A stretch of DNA of 64,000 bases from Octopus sinensis (taxonomy: Eukaryota). Positions within the stretch are counted from its first letter, which is position 1, and each line of letters begins with the position of its first letter. The notes under the pieces were generated by a model. That model ran no database searches and was not told the DNA's origin. It saw only the letters and a program-made list of their open reading frames with translations. Location: positions 23,870,001 to 23,934,000 of the forward strand of contig NC_043016.1 in the NCBI RefSeq assembly GCF_006345805.1, read 5' to 3'. Below are positions 26,280 to 39,179 of the stretch, in pieces. The translations under genes and the position numbers were made by a program.

Positions 26280-26700
26280 TCAAAATAGTTTTTCCATCGA
26301 CTTGACTTAACAGCCCTCATCGTTTGTTTTTACTGTGTTATTCTCCTTGTCCTGTCTTTTATTTTTTTTTTTGTATTGTTTTTACTGTCTTGTCTTGTTT
26401 TTACTGCCCTATTCTTGTTACCTCTTTTACCCCTTCGCAAAAAGTCCCAAATTTTATTTAATTTGCTTTGCAAGAAGGACTGTTTCAATGAAATCGCGTC
26501 TTGTCCTTACCTTTGAAATGTGGAGTAGACGAAACAAGGACTCTGTTTCTTTGTTGTTTGAAAAAAAGTTTGTTTCTATGTTTTTGTTTCTCATTGTGTT
26601 CAACATTTTTTTGGTGTCCTGTACCCATATATGCATGTATATATATACATATAGATGTAGGTATGTACATATATGTATGTATATATGCATATGTTTATAT
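26280..26700. mobile_element. Unclassified (AT)n-associated repeat; inverted relative to copies at 56585-57040 and 57375-57600
   Basis: Shared block gggtacaggacaccaaaaaaa..gaacacaatg..aaacataaacac and flanks. Confidence 0.7.
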
Positions 26701-26712
26701 ATTTATTTATGT

Positions 26713-26760
<48 letters not shown>

Positions 26761-26853
26761 TTAGAGACAAAACCACTATTATGCAAATCAAACAAAGGAA
26801 GACTTAATCCAATACATAAAAAATTTTATATAAATTAAATATAATTAAGATAT

Positions 26854-26899
26854 CCACTACGATCGTTTCTTGTCACTTCAATGGACATTCATCAGGTGG
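26854..26899 (-). ncRNA. Type I minimal hammerhead ribozyme motif
   Basis: Reverse complement of the 26965-27010 motif. Confidence 0.75.
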
Positions 26900-26964
26900 T
26901 TTCAAGACCTTCTATGCAATTTTGAACTATGAAGTCATAGTTCAAAATTGCATAGGTCTTGAAA

Positions 26965-27010
26965 CCACCTGATGAATGTCCATTGAAGTGACAAGAAACG
27001 ATCGTAGTGG
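26965..27010 (+). ncRNA. Type I minimal hammerhead ribozyme motif
   Basis: CCAC CUGAUGA A UGUC-cauugaagu-GACA A GAAA CGAUCG UA GUGG. Palindromic stem III, GUA cleavage triplet. Confidence 0.75.
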
Positions 27011-27765
27011 ATATCTTAATTATATTTAATTTATATAAAATTTTTTATGTATTGGATTAAGTCTTCCTTTGTTTGATTTGCATAATAGTGGTTTTGTCTC
27101 TAATTAATATTATATTATATTTTACTATAAAATTGGATTCAATCCTAAATCTGATTTTTCCCTGTAAATTTGGATTTATTCCCTAATATTTATTATATAT
27201 ATATATATAAATATATAAATGGTGGTGCCCCAGCATGGCCACAGCTTGTGAGCTGAAACTAGATAAAATAAAAATAAAAAAATATACATACATATATATA
27301 AATATATTTATATATATATATAAACAAAGAAAAAACACAAGAAAAAAACAACAACGTGAGGACGTGGTATGTTTAAAGTATTAACAAATGCTCAGGGAAG
27401 GAAAGAAAGGAAGCTTTATGTTTTGAGTAAAGCTGTTCTTCAGAAACAGAAAACAGAGGAAAGTCCAAGAGAAAAGGAAGACGGAGGAAAAAAATCGCCA
27501 ACAATCCACATGTAGTTACATTTCGAAAATGTATATATATATATATATATATATATATTTACACACACACACACACACAGACAGCAACAGAGACAGAGAA
27601 AATATAAAGAATGTCAGAATGTATGAAATGAATATATTTATTTCATCATTTGATATCCATAGGATAACGGCCATTTTTCAGCCAACATTATGCAACTTTC
27701 TTTCAAATAATCTCCACTGACTGAATTCACTGGATCATATAAATCCATATATTGTGCATTAAATT

Positions 27766-27804
<39 letters not shown>

Positions 27805-27816
27805 ACATATGTATAT

Positions 27817-28912
27817 GTAGAAGAGTGGCTTGTTAGAACAGTTCAAACCACGTACTGTCAGTAAGGTGAGAGTTGGTATTGAATACAGTGATAAATTTAA
27901 CGTACGTGCTGGTGTACACCAGGGATCAGTTCTTAGTCTCCTCTTATTCATCATAGTTCTTCAGGCCATAACAGATTAATTCAAAATGGGATGTCAATGG
28001 GAACTGCTAATATGCTGATGATCTTGCTCTTATTGCAGAATCTGAAGCAGAATTGGATAAGAAGTTCCAGGTTTGGAAGCAAAATGTGGAATTGAAGGGC
28101 CTTAAAGTTAACTTAGCTAAGACTAAAATTGTTATTAGCAAGAAAGGTGATAAGACTCTCATTCCAGCTGGTAAATGGCCCTGTCCAATATGTAGGAAAG
28201 GAATGGGATGTAATTCCATTTGCTGCACCAAGTGTATGCATAAGAGATGCAGTGGAATCATGGGAAGGTTATCAGATAAGGCTACTTTCGTGTGTGGTAG
28301 ATGTGCAGGAACATTAAGCACTAAGAGCACAAGGGACTTAAACTCCCTCAAATGCCCAGGAGGCTCTCTTGAAGTAGTAGATAGTTTCTGCTATTTAGGT
28401 GACCAAATTAGTAATGGAGGTGGATGCTCTGAAAGTATTGTTTCTAGAATAAAAATGGAGTAGAGGAAGTTCAGAGAACTACTACCTCTGTTGGCAGCAA
28501 AAGGACTCTCTCTCTCTCTCTCAGAGTGAAAAGAAGATTGTATGAAGTTTGTGTGAGACATGGGCTCTGACTGCAGAGGATATGCGTAGACTGGAGAGGA
28601 ATGAAGGTAGTATGCTCCGACAGAGCACAACTGTGTTGAGAGAAAAATTAGGCATAAGAGGGATTAAATGTGGTGTGCAGGAGAGCAGATTGCATTGGTT
28701 TGGACATGTGATGTGTATGATTGAAGACAGCTGCATACAGAAGTGCCTGTCGCTGAAAGTGGATGGTACTTGTGGAAGAGGGAAACCCAGGAAGACATGG
28801 CATGAAGTGGTGAGGACTGATCTTAGGATGTTGGAGCTCATGGAGGAAATGACAGTGGACTGAGATATTTGGAAATATGAGATTCTGGAGAAGACCCATC
28901 CTTGAAACTGAG
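27817..28912 (+). mobile_element. 5'-truncated RTE-clade LINE (RT C-terminus with Cys/His finger insert), frameshifted
   Basis: VEEWLVR, VHQGSVLS..LF, YADDLALIAESE, F.YLGD.I, RL.WFGHV, GRGKPRKTW.EVV. Confidence 0.92.
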
Positions 28913-29614
28913 TGCTAGAAGAGTTGTGTCCCACCCATTCTACCCTAAGAAATCAAACTACAACTCTTCTAACTGCATCTTTCACTTCCTCACACTCCTT
29001 CTTTATAAATTATGATTGTTTTCCAATCCCCTCACTGCCCTGCTAACTGCATTGCTGCTCCCCACACCAATAAACACCTACACCCATGTCCTATGTTTCT
29101 AACCATGTTCTATGCTCATATTCTTGTTACTTGTGAGTATACCCTAGCACTACACCATCTCTCTTCTGTCCTCTCTTACACTTTTGCGATATATACCAAT
29201 ACATACATCTAAAAAAAAAAATTTTCAGGGGCCCTTAAAATACAATGGTAGATCCCCAATTTACTATTTTGTTGCATGGAACCCCACAAATCTTATATGG
29301 ACCCCAGGGGCTGCCTGGATCCTGGTTGTGAACCACTGATATAGTGTATTCCATTTTGTTCAGTTTATGAATACAAACATTGGAATTTATTGGCGGAATA
29401 GATATCTGTTCCTATTGTAAAGCTGTAATGTTGCTCTCATCTTCAGCAGGATTGAGGCACTCAGGCTTCTAAAAATGTTCATATGTTCATACTAGGCATT
29501 CTTCTGCCAAAAGATCTGGAAAGGTTATTTAGGTTACTTCAATTTACAAAAAAAAAATATAAAAGAAAAAAGAAAGAAAGAAAGAAAAAAAGAAAGAGAA
29601 AGGAAATAGTGTAC

Positions 29615-29714
29615 GTCAGAGTTGTCTTGTAGAAAGTATTTGTAGCAGACTGCTGGCAGCTTCTTGGTAAAAGTGGAAATAAGATCATCATACAGGCCAT
29701 GATATTCTTGGACA
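29615..29714 (-). CDS. Candidate 100-nt exon (VQEYHGLYDDLISTFTKKLPAVCYKYFLQDNSD)
   Basis: Open frame phase-compatible with the 34612-34675 exon. Acceptor catAAG and donor GTACAC are both weak. Confidence 0.35.
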
Positions 29715-30373
29715 CTTATGCAACCAGTAAAGAATTTTAAAATGATAATTGTTTTTAAAGATTACTTGTAAAGAATAAATAAATAACCTGTCAAAGTTAC
29801 ACGGAAAGGTAAGTTGTTCCATAAATATAAAAGAAAAACTCATTTCCAAAATCAAAAACAATATGAAAAAGAAACTGATAACCAAAGCAAAATCAATAAT
29901 AAATTTGAAATATCTTTCACTGACCATTTTTCATTATCTGTAATTAGAAAAGAAAAAAAATTTTGGAAGCTTTATTTGTCTTTTTTTTTTGAATAAAATT
30001 TCCTCTTACATTTTCTTAGTTTTCATTTTTTTACTTTCTCTTTCCTTTTTATATTTATTTTGAAAGTTATCCAGCTTTGCTGGAGCATTTACATATCAAT
30101 GTCATCACCACTGTCATCGTTTTAGCTTTCCCCTTTGATTCGCCTCTGGCTATAGTTGAAAGATATTTGCGTAAAGTGCCACACAGTGGGACTGAACCCG
30201 AAACCACATAGCTAGAAAGCAAACTTCTTAATCACATATTCACATGTGCATGTCACACACACAGGCATGCATATGTACATGCCTGCCTGCCTGCCTGCAT
30301 GCATGCATGCATGTATGCGTGCACACACATACACACACACATACGCACACACACACATACATACATACATACA

Positions 30374-30404
<31 letters not shown>

Positions 30405-30488
30405 GTACATACATACATATACATACATGCATACATACACAGACACACTCAAACATACATACATACATACATACATACATACATACGT

Positions 30489-30528
<40 letters not shown>

Positions 30529-33500
30529 ACATACATACACAGACACACTCATACATACATACATACATACATACCTCTTTGGAAACAAAAAAGGAAGATA
30601 ACTATGGACAACTACTTTGAAACCAGCTTCTATATCTGAATTACAAATATACATTTATACCAACAACTGGAACACTTGGTTTTGTAAGTTAATGCCAAAC
30701 TGTCAGTCTGGATAAGCTTGGGTTTTCACAAAAAATGAAAAAAATCAACTGACTTGCACATTACACATAACAGTAAAACTGTGCAAGACTTTTCTTAGGT
30801 TTAAAATGTGAAATTGCTTTTGTAATCTACATTCCAATAATGGAGCTTTATATCTTTGTTAGAAACCAACTCCTTCCATAGAGGAAGAATTAAAATAATT
30901 AAAAGGAGAAGAGACACTAGTAAATACATGTACTGGCAACGGCCATGCACAAATGGTGCTTTTTATGTGCCACCTGCACAGGAGTCAGTCTGTTGCCAGT
31001 GCCGCTGGACTGGCTCCTGTGCAGGTGGCACATAAAAAGCACCATTTGAGCTTGGCTGTTGCCAGTACCGCTGGTGGCATGTAAAATCACCCGCTACACT
31101 CTCGGAGTGGTTGGCGTTAGGAAGGGCATCCAGCTGTAGAAACTCTGCCAGATCAGATTGGAGTCTGGTGCAGCCGTCTGATTCGACAGACCTCTGTCAA
31201 ATTGTCCAACCCATGCTAGCATGGAAAGCGGACGTTAAACAATGATGATGATGATAAGTTGGCTACCTTTCCTTTTGTTAGACATTCAACTGTGAAGTCT
31301 AAGAGGAAACTGGTCTGACAATATTGCTAACTGAAGCAAAGCAAATGTTATTTGGATATGTTACAACAGCTATAGTCAAAAGATTAGAACAGATGACCTT
31401 CTGATCAGCAGCCAAACACCTTGACATCACAGCCAACTGGTTGAGCTACGTCAATAAAAGCTACATGTTAATGTAATGTCCCATGTGGTACAAAATTTAG
31501 TTTAAATGTTCTTCATAATTGTAACTTACTGATTTAAAGTTATATATTGAATAAAGAACACGTAATTGGAATTCTTGACAATAAATATGACAATGCGGTT
31601 TGAATGCCAACAGAAGTAGCTAAACTGGTCTTTGATTATTTACACTGAGGAATTCTTCTGTTACCTAATATCTATTAATCTTAACTGGCTTCTTTTTTTT
31701 TTTTACCTGAGGCAAATATTAGTACATATAATTCTCAATCAATCATCCCAGGTTACAGTTACAACTACTCCCTACATTCCCCTTACCATTCTGTTGGCTA
31801 AGTATTTGGTTATCTAACCAACCAGTCAACTCCTGTTTTAGACACACTTTTATTAGTAAAAGCTATAAGGACTGATGCTGACAAAGGCATTCATGCCAAC
31901 AGGCACACTAATACTAATCGGCAAGATTGTCTTATTTATTTATTTATTTAATCATTCAATTTCTTTATTACCCACTAGGGGCCAAACATAGAATTGGACA
32001 AAACAGCTGATGGGATCAGTGAAACCGTCTGAGTTTACATATAATATGGTTTTAAAATTTAATACAATATATAAAAATCGAATGAAATAAACAATACAAA
32101 AGACCATTCATTCATTTATTTATTTCTCTCTCTTTCTCTCTCTCTCTACCTACCAACCTACCTACTTGTCTACTAGTTAGCTTTTCTATCTATCTTTCTA
32201 TCTATATTTCTCTTTTATTTGTTTCAGTCATTTGATTGCGGCCATGCTGGAGCACCGCCTTTAGTCGAGCAAATCGACCCCGGGACTTATTCTTTGTAAG
32301 CCCAGTACTTATTCTATCGGTCTCTTTTGCCGAACCGTAATTTCTAATTTGCATATATATTCCAAGCCTTTCTTTTTAAATGTTGACAAGACACAACTGT
32401 TGGAGAATAGTATAGAATGCCTCTGCTCTATGAGATCAAATCCAGCTGAGATCAACTTTGCTTTTCTTCCTTTCAAGATCAACTAAAAAATACCGCTCCA
32501 AGATATTAGATTGACAGAACTGCTGAAGAATTATAGAATATCTGTTCTGGCTCTTTGCATTCTGATAGCAGCATCTGTTGTAACAGTGATGCCAAGCTGT
32601 ATTGGCCCAAGTTAGTGGCCTTTTCTTTCAATAAACATCAGTGGTGTGGAGAGAGGTGACTTGCATGCATGGGCAACTACCAGTCTTTCCTCAAAAACTA
32701 TTTTGTTCAAGCCCGTATATCCATGTGCAGATGTGTGGTCGACTTTCATAATGGAAACCCCAAAGAAGTTCTTTTCGATATGTTTGTGCATGTTGGATAG
32801 ATGTGCAAATTAACATAATTTAATCTTGCAAATTCTTGACAACTGCATAGCTTACTTGATCTTATAGTCTTGCTCAAATTTTTCCGCTTGGTCTTGGGAT
32901 GCAAATAAAGTAATGTGCCTTCCCTGAAACTTATATGCTACATCATCATCATCATCATCATCATCGTCGTCGTCGTCGTCATCATCATCATCATCATCAT
33001 CATCGTCGTCGTTGTCGTCGTCGTCATTGTCGTCGTCGTCATCATCACCATCATCATTTTACATCTGTTTGCCATGTTGGCATGGGTTGGATGGTTTGAC
33101 AGGAGCTGGCCAGCTAGAGAACTGTCCAGGCTCCAACTGTCTGTTTTGTCATGGTTTCTATGGTTGGATATCCTTCCTAATGCCAACCACTTTACAGAGA
33201 GTGCTGGGTGCTTTTTACATGCCCACAGCATGGATGTATTCATGTAGCACTGACATGAGTGTATTTTATGTAGCACCAGCACTAGTGCATTTTACACGGC
33301 ATCAGCACCTATCTAAAACAATTATAGAAGTACTCAGAGCTACTCTTTATTAGTCTGTATTAAGCATTAATGCATACAGAAGACCTTTATTATGTAACGA
33401 AGGTGTCAAGAGTTCCAACCTGGATAAAATCTGTGAAAGAGGGAAGCTGAAAAAGACATGGGAAGAAATAGTGAAAATTTATCACAAGAAGTGAAAACAG

Positions 33501-33789
33501 AACTCCATGAAAATGGTGTTCTGTCTAATAGTAATAACACAGGATCATGCCAATTGCTGAGGAGACATTGGCAACAGGTGCAAGCATGAAAAACAGTCGT
33601 AAAAATTACGATGATGGTGAAGTAGCTTGGAATGTGTAATATCTACATTTAAGTTTCTCTTGCCTAATTGCTCCCTTGTCCTTATACCTGCAAAACTACA
33701 GATGGTAAGCCGTTAGATCTGTTCATATTCAATCCCAATTTACCATCATCTATTTCTACTGCTATCCACATTATATCCACATTATAGCA

Positions 33790-34035
33790 GCGGTGGTGGT
33801 GGTCATGGTGGTGGTGGTGGTAGTGGTAGTGGCAGCAGCGGTGGTGGCGGCAGCGGTGGTGGCAGCAGCAGCAGTGGTGGCAGCAGCAGCGGTGGTGGCA
33901 GCAGCAGCGGTGGTGGCAGCAGCAGCGGTGGTGGCAGCAGCAGCGGTGGTGGCAGCAGCAGCAGTGGTGGCAGCAGCGGTGGTGGTGGTGGTGGTCATGG
34001 TGGTTGTGGTGGTCATGGTGGTTGTGGTGGTGGTT
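33790..34035. repeat. Compound (GCA)n(GGT)n 18-bp tandem repeat
   Basis: Direct reading; source of the poly-A/T/V ORFs. Confidence 0.95.
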
Positions 34036-34611
34036 TTGGCAACAGAGGAGTTTTTAAAATTTTTCTGTTTCACATCTATATTTGGAACTAACATATGTAG
34101 GATCCTTTATGCTAGCCTGATGCATTTTCTATCAATAATTACAAAATTATGAATCCATCTGTTTACAGCCAGCCATACTGAGCCAAGTAGTTCAAAATGC
34201 TTTGTACAAAAGAACACAACAGCAAAACTGTAGCAGTAAGATCATGAACTCACAATCCCGTGTTTATTAATTCATCTCTTCATGATTAAAGCTGCTTCTA
34301 TGATGTTTAATTAATCATCTCTATCTCAGCAAATAAATTTTTATTTTTGTCATTCTTCAGTAGTTTACAACAGCAGCAACAACAACAAGGAAGAATGTAA
34401 TAACTAAAATTCACATAAGACATATATTCTTGTTTCCAAGACATCATTTTCCTTAACATCTCACTCTCAGTGCTAATTAAAATTTTAAGTTAATCTATCA
34501 AAGATAAATCTTAAATATGCAGAGTCTGAACCAGTAATCAACAGAGGTTTTAATTCATCACAAAAATTTTAATAACTTGCATGACATCAAGATTAAGTCC
34601 CTATCATTTAC

Positions 34612-34675
34612 CTTTCCATTATTTTGTTCCTGTTCTGGTTAAGGGACTGTGCCAAATCTTCATTTGTCCTCCTTT
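34612..34675 (-). CDS. Candidate 64-nt internal exon (RRTNEDLAQSLNQNRNKIME), coiled-coil-like
   Basis: ttatcatcatacttcAG acceptor, AAG|GTAAAT donor, open in phase 1-2. Confidence 0.55.
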
Positions 34676-34897
34676 CTGAAGTATGATGATAACAGATTAT
34701 TTATATTATTGTAAAATATCCTTTTCAGATCATAGAAATCCATTGAAGGCATTCTGATCAGAAGGCAATCATATCTGCTCACATTGTTAAGATGCGAGAT
34801 ATAAATAGCTACCATTGACTGATTGATTCATACTTTATTGATTTTTAACCCCCCACCCAAAATAATGACCGTAATAATGATAATGATAATAATAATA

Positions 34898-34948
<51 letters not shown>

Positions 34949-34967
34949 TGATAATAATGATAATAAT

Positions 34968-35004
<37 letters not shown>

Positions 35005-35219
35005 TAATAATAATAATGATAATAACAATAATAACTTATAACATTGGCACTCGGCCAGAAATTTGGAAGAAGGGATTAGTCGATTATATCAGTCTCTGTA
35101 CTTGACATGTACTTCATGTGTACATGTATATTTATTTCTCTCTCTCTCTCTTTCTCTCTATATATCTCTATTTACACCCAGTAAATACATGTATGTATAT
35201 ATATATTGTATGTATTGTG

Positions 35220-35250
<31 letters not shown>

Positions 35251-35816
35251 CACATATAGCTGAACAACTTCAACGGCTTCAATTGAGTAAGTATTATTCA
35301 CAATTAGTGCAGGTGTGCAGTAAGAAGTTTACTTTCCTATCACAGAGTTCCAGGTTCAGTTCCACTGTATAGCACATTGGGCAAGCATCTTCTACTATAG
35401 CTCCAGGCTGATCAAAACTGTATAAGTGGATTTGGTAGGCAGAAACTGAAAGAAGCCTGCTGTGCACTTGTGTTTATGTTTGTCCTTCATCATCACTTGA
35501 CAACCAGTGTTGGTTTCAATATTTCCCAACAACTTAGCAGTTTAGCAAAAAAAAAAAACTAATAATAAGTATCAGAGTCAAAGCAAAAAGTGAAAGTACT
35601 GGGATTGATTTATTGGACTAAATTCTTCAAGGCAGAGTCCTAGCATGACTGCAGTCCAATGACTGTAACAAGTAAATGATAAAAGATAAAATGCACATAG
35701 CATATCCTGATTCATTCCCACTGAGTGGCACTTGAGCAAGTGTCTTCTTCTATAGCCTTAGGTCAACCAAGCCGTGTGAGTGGATTTCGGAGACAGAAAC
35801 TGAAAGAAGCCTGTCA

Positions 35817-35819
<3 letters not shown>

Positions 35820-35871
<52 letters not shown>

Positions 35872-36520
35872 GTATATATTTATGTGCATGTGTCTTTGTG
35901 TTTGTGTTCCCACCACCACTATTACTTGACAGCTGATGGTGTGTTTATGTCCCTGTAACTTAGAGACTGAAAGAATAAATACTAGGTTTACAAGGGATAA
36001 GTCTCGGGGTGGATTACTTTGACTAAACCTTTTAGGCCAGCACTCCGACATGGCTGCAATCAAATGACCGAAACAAGTAAAGGAATAGAAGAATATATAT
36101 ATATATATAGAATCAAAATGAGGGTGAAAAAATTGGATATTAATTTAATAACATCAATTTAACACCAAGTGGCTTAGCGCATAAAAACTGAGATTCAGTA
36201 AATATTATTAATACACAAATACGAGAGAGAATCCACTATATGGACGCCCTTACACTAAAGAGAGATCCGTATGAGTCTCAACCACTAAGAATTGTTCTCA
36301 AGAAAAATTAGCACACTATGAACGTAAGCGAGCAGGACAAATGAAAAATAACAAGGGGTTAATCTATATTTTTGTTATTTTTCATTTGTCCTGCTCGCTT
36401 ACGTTCATAGTGTGATAATTTTTCTTGAGAACAATTCTTAGTGGTTGAGACTCATGCGGATCTTTCTTTAGTGTAAGGGTGTCCATATAGTGGATTCTCT
36501 CTCATATTTGTATATGTATT

Positions 36521-36568
<48 letters not shown>

Positions 36569-37220
36569 GTATATGTATATATTTATGTGCATGTGTCTTT
36601 GTGTTTGTGTTCCCACCACCACTATTACTTGACAGCTGATGGTGTGTTTATGTCCCTGTAACTTAGAGACTGAAAGAATAAATACTAGGTTTACAAGGGA
36701 TAAGTCTCGGGGTGGATTACTTTGACTAAAACCTTTAGGCCAGCACTCCGACATGGCTGCAATCAAATGACCGAAACAAGTAAAGGAATAGAAGAATATA
36801 TATATATATATATAGAATCAAAATGAGGGTGAAAAAATTGGATATTAATTTAATAACATCAATTTAACACCAAGTGGCTTAGCGCATAAAAACTGAGATT
36901 CAGTAAATATTATTAATACACAAATACGAGAGAGAATCCACTATATGGACGCCCTTACACTAAGAGAGATCCGTATGAGTCTCAACCACTAAGAATTGTT
37001 CTCAAGAAAAATTAGCACACTATGAACGTAAGCGAGCAGGACAAATGAAAAATAACAAGGGGTTAATCTATATTTTTGTTATTTTTCATTTGTCCTGCTC
37101 GCTTACGTTCATAGTGTGATAATTTTTCTTGAGAACAATTCTTAGTGGTTGAGACTCATGCGGATCTTTCTTTAGTGTAAGGGTGTCCATATAGTGGATT
37201 CTCTCTCATATTTGTATATG

Positions 37221-37235
<15 letters not shown>
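35820..37235. repeat. Near-identical ~705-bp tandem duplication (SINE tail plus fold-back element), junctions in (TA)n
   Basis: gaatcaaaatgaggg at 36110 and 36815. The copies differ by very few single-base changes. Confidence 0.9.
36110..36517 (-). mobile_element. (TA)n-embedded fold-back element, arms ~36210-36354 and 36372-36517; duplicate at 36815-37222
   Basis: Reverse-complement arms with a few mismatches and an unpaired extension on the left side. Confidence 0.8.
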
Positions 37236-37261
<26 letters not shown>

Positions 37262-37289
37262 TTGGTTCCAGCTTGTATCTGAGCATTGG

Positions 37290-37620
37290 GATCATCAGTT
37301 TCTATCCAGTCTCTTTGGCAGATGTTTGTGCCGAATGTAACTTTGGAGTCCAAGTCGGTGGTGAAAAAGTAGTGGGCAGAATTCGCACAGGATGGTTGGT
37401 GTGGGTTAAGGATGTAGAAGATGCTCCTTTCTCCTCCTGCATTCTATTTCCTCATTCCGTTGTCTATTCTGCTCACAGGGGCTGGGTCCATTGTGGATAG
37501 CAGTCCTCTAGGCTGTCCTATCAATGGCAATCTGTTCTCATGAGGATAGCTAGATGTTAGTTTGAGCCAGGGTCCGTTTGAGCTGGTCTTTAAAATGGAA
37601 TTCAGGACCTACTTTTTTCA
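37290..37620 (-). mobile_element. RTE-clade LINE 3' end
   Basis: FKDQLKRTLAQ.NI...EQIAIDRTA.RTAIHNG. Confidence 0.65.
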
Positions 37621-37935
37621 TTTATTAATATAGGTATTTAACTGAAATGGCATTCACTTTCGTATCTTCTAATCTTACTGGTAACATTTTACAAAGATGC
37701 TGGCGTAGCATTTGAAACATTTAAACTTTGGCCATTCATAACTGGCATTGAAATTGCTTTCAACATGAAAGAACCCACCACAAAAATAGGTGATATATAT
37801 TGGTCCTCCCTCTGTACACTATTTGTTTTTCTGTTTTTTCGGGGTGGGGGAATTTTTCTGCTGTACTCTTTTCCTTTATTTGTTTGTTTGTTTCTTTCTT
37901 TCTTTATTCCTTTCTTCCTTTCCTTCTTTCAGCCT

Positions 37936-37970
<35 letters not shown>

Positions 37971-38278
37971 TTCTCTGTCACTCTCAGGTTCCCTCAGTTT
38001 CTTTTACCAGCTGTGTGGTTATGATGTTTATGATGCAGGTACACACACATACACCACATACACACACACACACACACAAACACACACACGCTCACACACA
38101 CTCACACACACACACTCACACACACACACACACACACACACAATACATATATTTCCATTATTTCTGAAATCACAACTAACTTAGAATATATCATTAAATA
38201 CTATCAAATCTTAACACTTTGTCATTTTGTAAATGTTTATGCCTGACTGTCTGTCTGTTTGCTGTCTCTGTCCCTGTA

Positions 38279-38310
<32 letters not shown>

Positions 38311-38559
38311 CATGTCGAAATTACAAAGGCATTAGTGGAATATGGCGGCAAATATATAGTACATCTTCTTTAATGCTGTGTGTGGATAGCAGTGATATCC
38401 CTGTGGTATTAGGGAGTGTCATGAGTAATCAAATGTATGGAGATATCAATGGAAGAGAGAGGCAGAGATGTATCATGAATTTCTCAAAGAAGGAATCATT
38501 AATGAAATCATCATCATTGCCATCATCACTGCCACTGCTGTTGCTACAGTTGTCGTCAG

Positions 38560-38895
38560 TCATCATGGCTCAGTGGTTAGAGTGTTAGGCCCACAATCAC
38601 AAGGTAGTGAGTTCAATTCCAAGACAAGGTTGTGTTGTTTTCTTGAGCAAGACACTATTTCATATTACTCCAGGTCACTCAGCTATAGAAATGAGCTGTG
38701 ATGTCACTGGTGCCAAACTGTACCAGTCTTTACCTTTCCCTTGGATAACATCAGTGGTGGGAGGATGGGAGGCTGGTATGCATGGATGACCGCTGGTCTT
38801 CCATAAACAACCATGGTCGGACCTGTGCCTCAGCAGGGAACTTACTAGGTGCAATCCCATGGTCATTCATAACAAAAGGGGGTCTTTACCCTTTA
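38560..38895 (+). mobile_element. tRNA-derived SINE with conserved central domain
   Basis: Homologous to 3890-4265(-). Confidence 0.7.
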
Positions 38896-38896
38896 A

Positions 38897-38951
<55 letters not shown>

Positions 38952-39055
38952 AAATTAGAGACAAAACCACTATTATGCAAATCAAACAAAGAAAGACTTA
39001 AGCCAATACATAAAATATAAAATAATTTATATAAATTAAAATTTAACAAATGAAT

Positions 39056-39107
39056 AACCACTACGATCGTTTCGTGTCAGCACATCTTAGACATTCTTCA
39101 GGTGGTT
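39056..39107 (-). ncRNA. Type I minimal hammerhead ribozyme motif
   Basis: Reverse complement of 39128-39179. Confidence 0.78.
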
Positions 39108-39127
39108 TCTAAACCTTCTTAGCGAAA

Positions 39128-39179
39128 AACCACCTGAAGAATGTCTAAGATGTGCTGACACGAAACGATCGTAGTGGTT
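39128..39179 (+). ncRNA. Type I minimal hammerhead ribozyme motif
   Basis: AACCAC CUGAAGA A UGUC-uaagaugugcu-GACA C GAAA CGAUCG UA GUGGUU, with a 6-bp stem I. Confidence 0.78.

Larger units (their letters stand above)
26751..27195 (+). mobile_element. Penelope-like non-autonomous insertion: ~180-bp near-perfect palindrome plus 3' tail in (TA)n
   Basis: Arms 26751-26932 and 26935-27113 with a 2-nt loop and one 3-nt bulge. Same family as 38943-39370. Confidence 0.8.

Noticed and set aside
30212-30654. Six overlapping 78-133 aa ORFs
   Set aside because: (CATA)n/(CA)n repeats lack stop codons; not genes.
33771-34152. Ala/Thr-rich mucin-like ORF
   Set aside because: A pure GCA/GGT tandem repeat with no splice or homology support.
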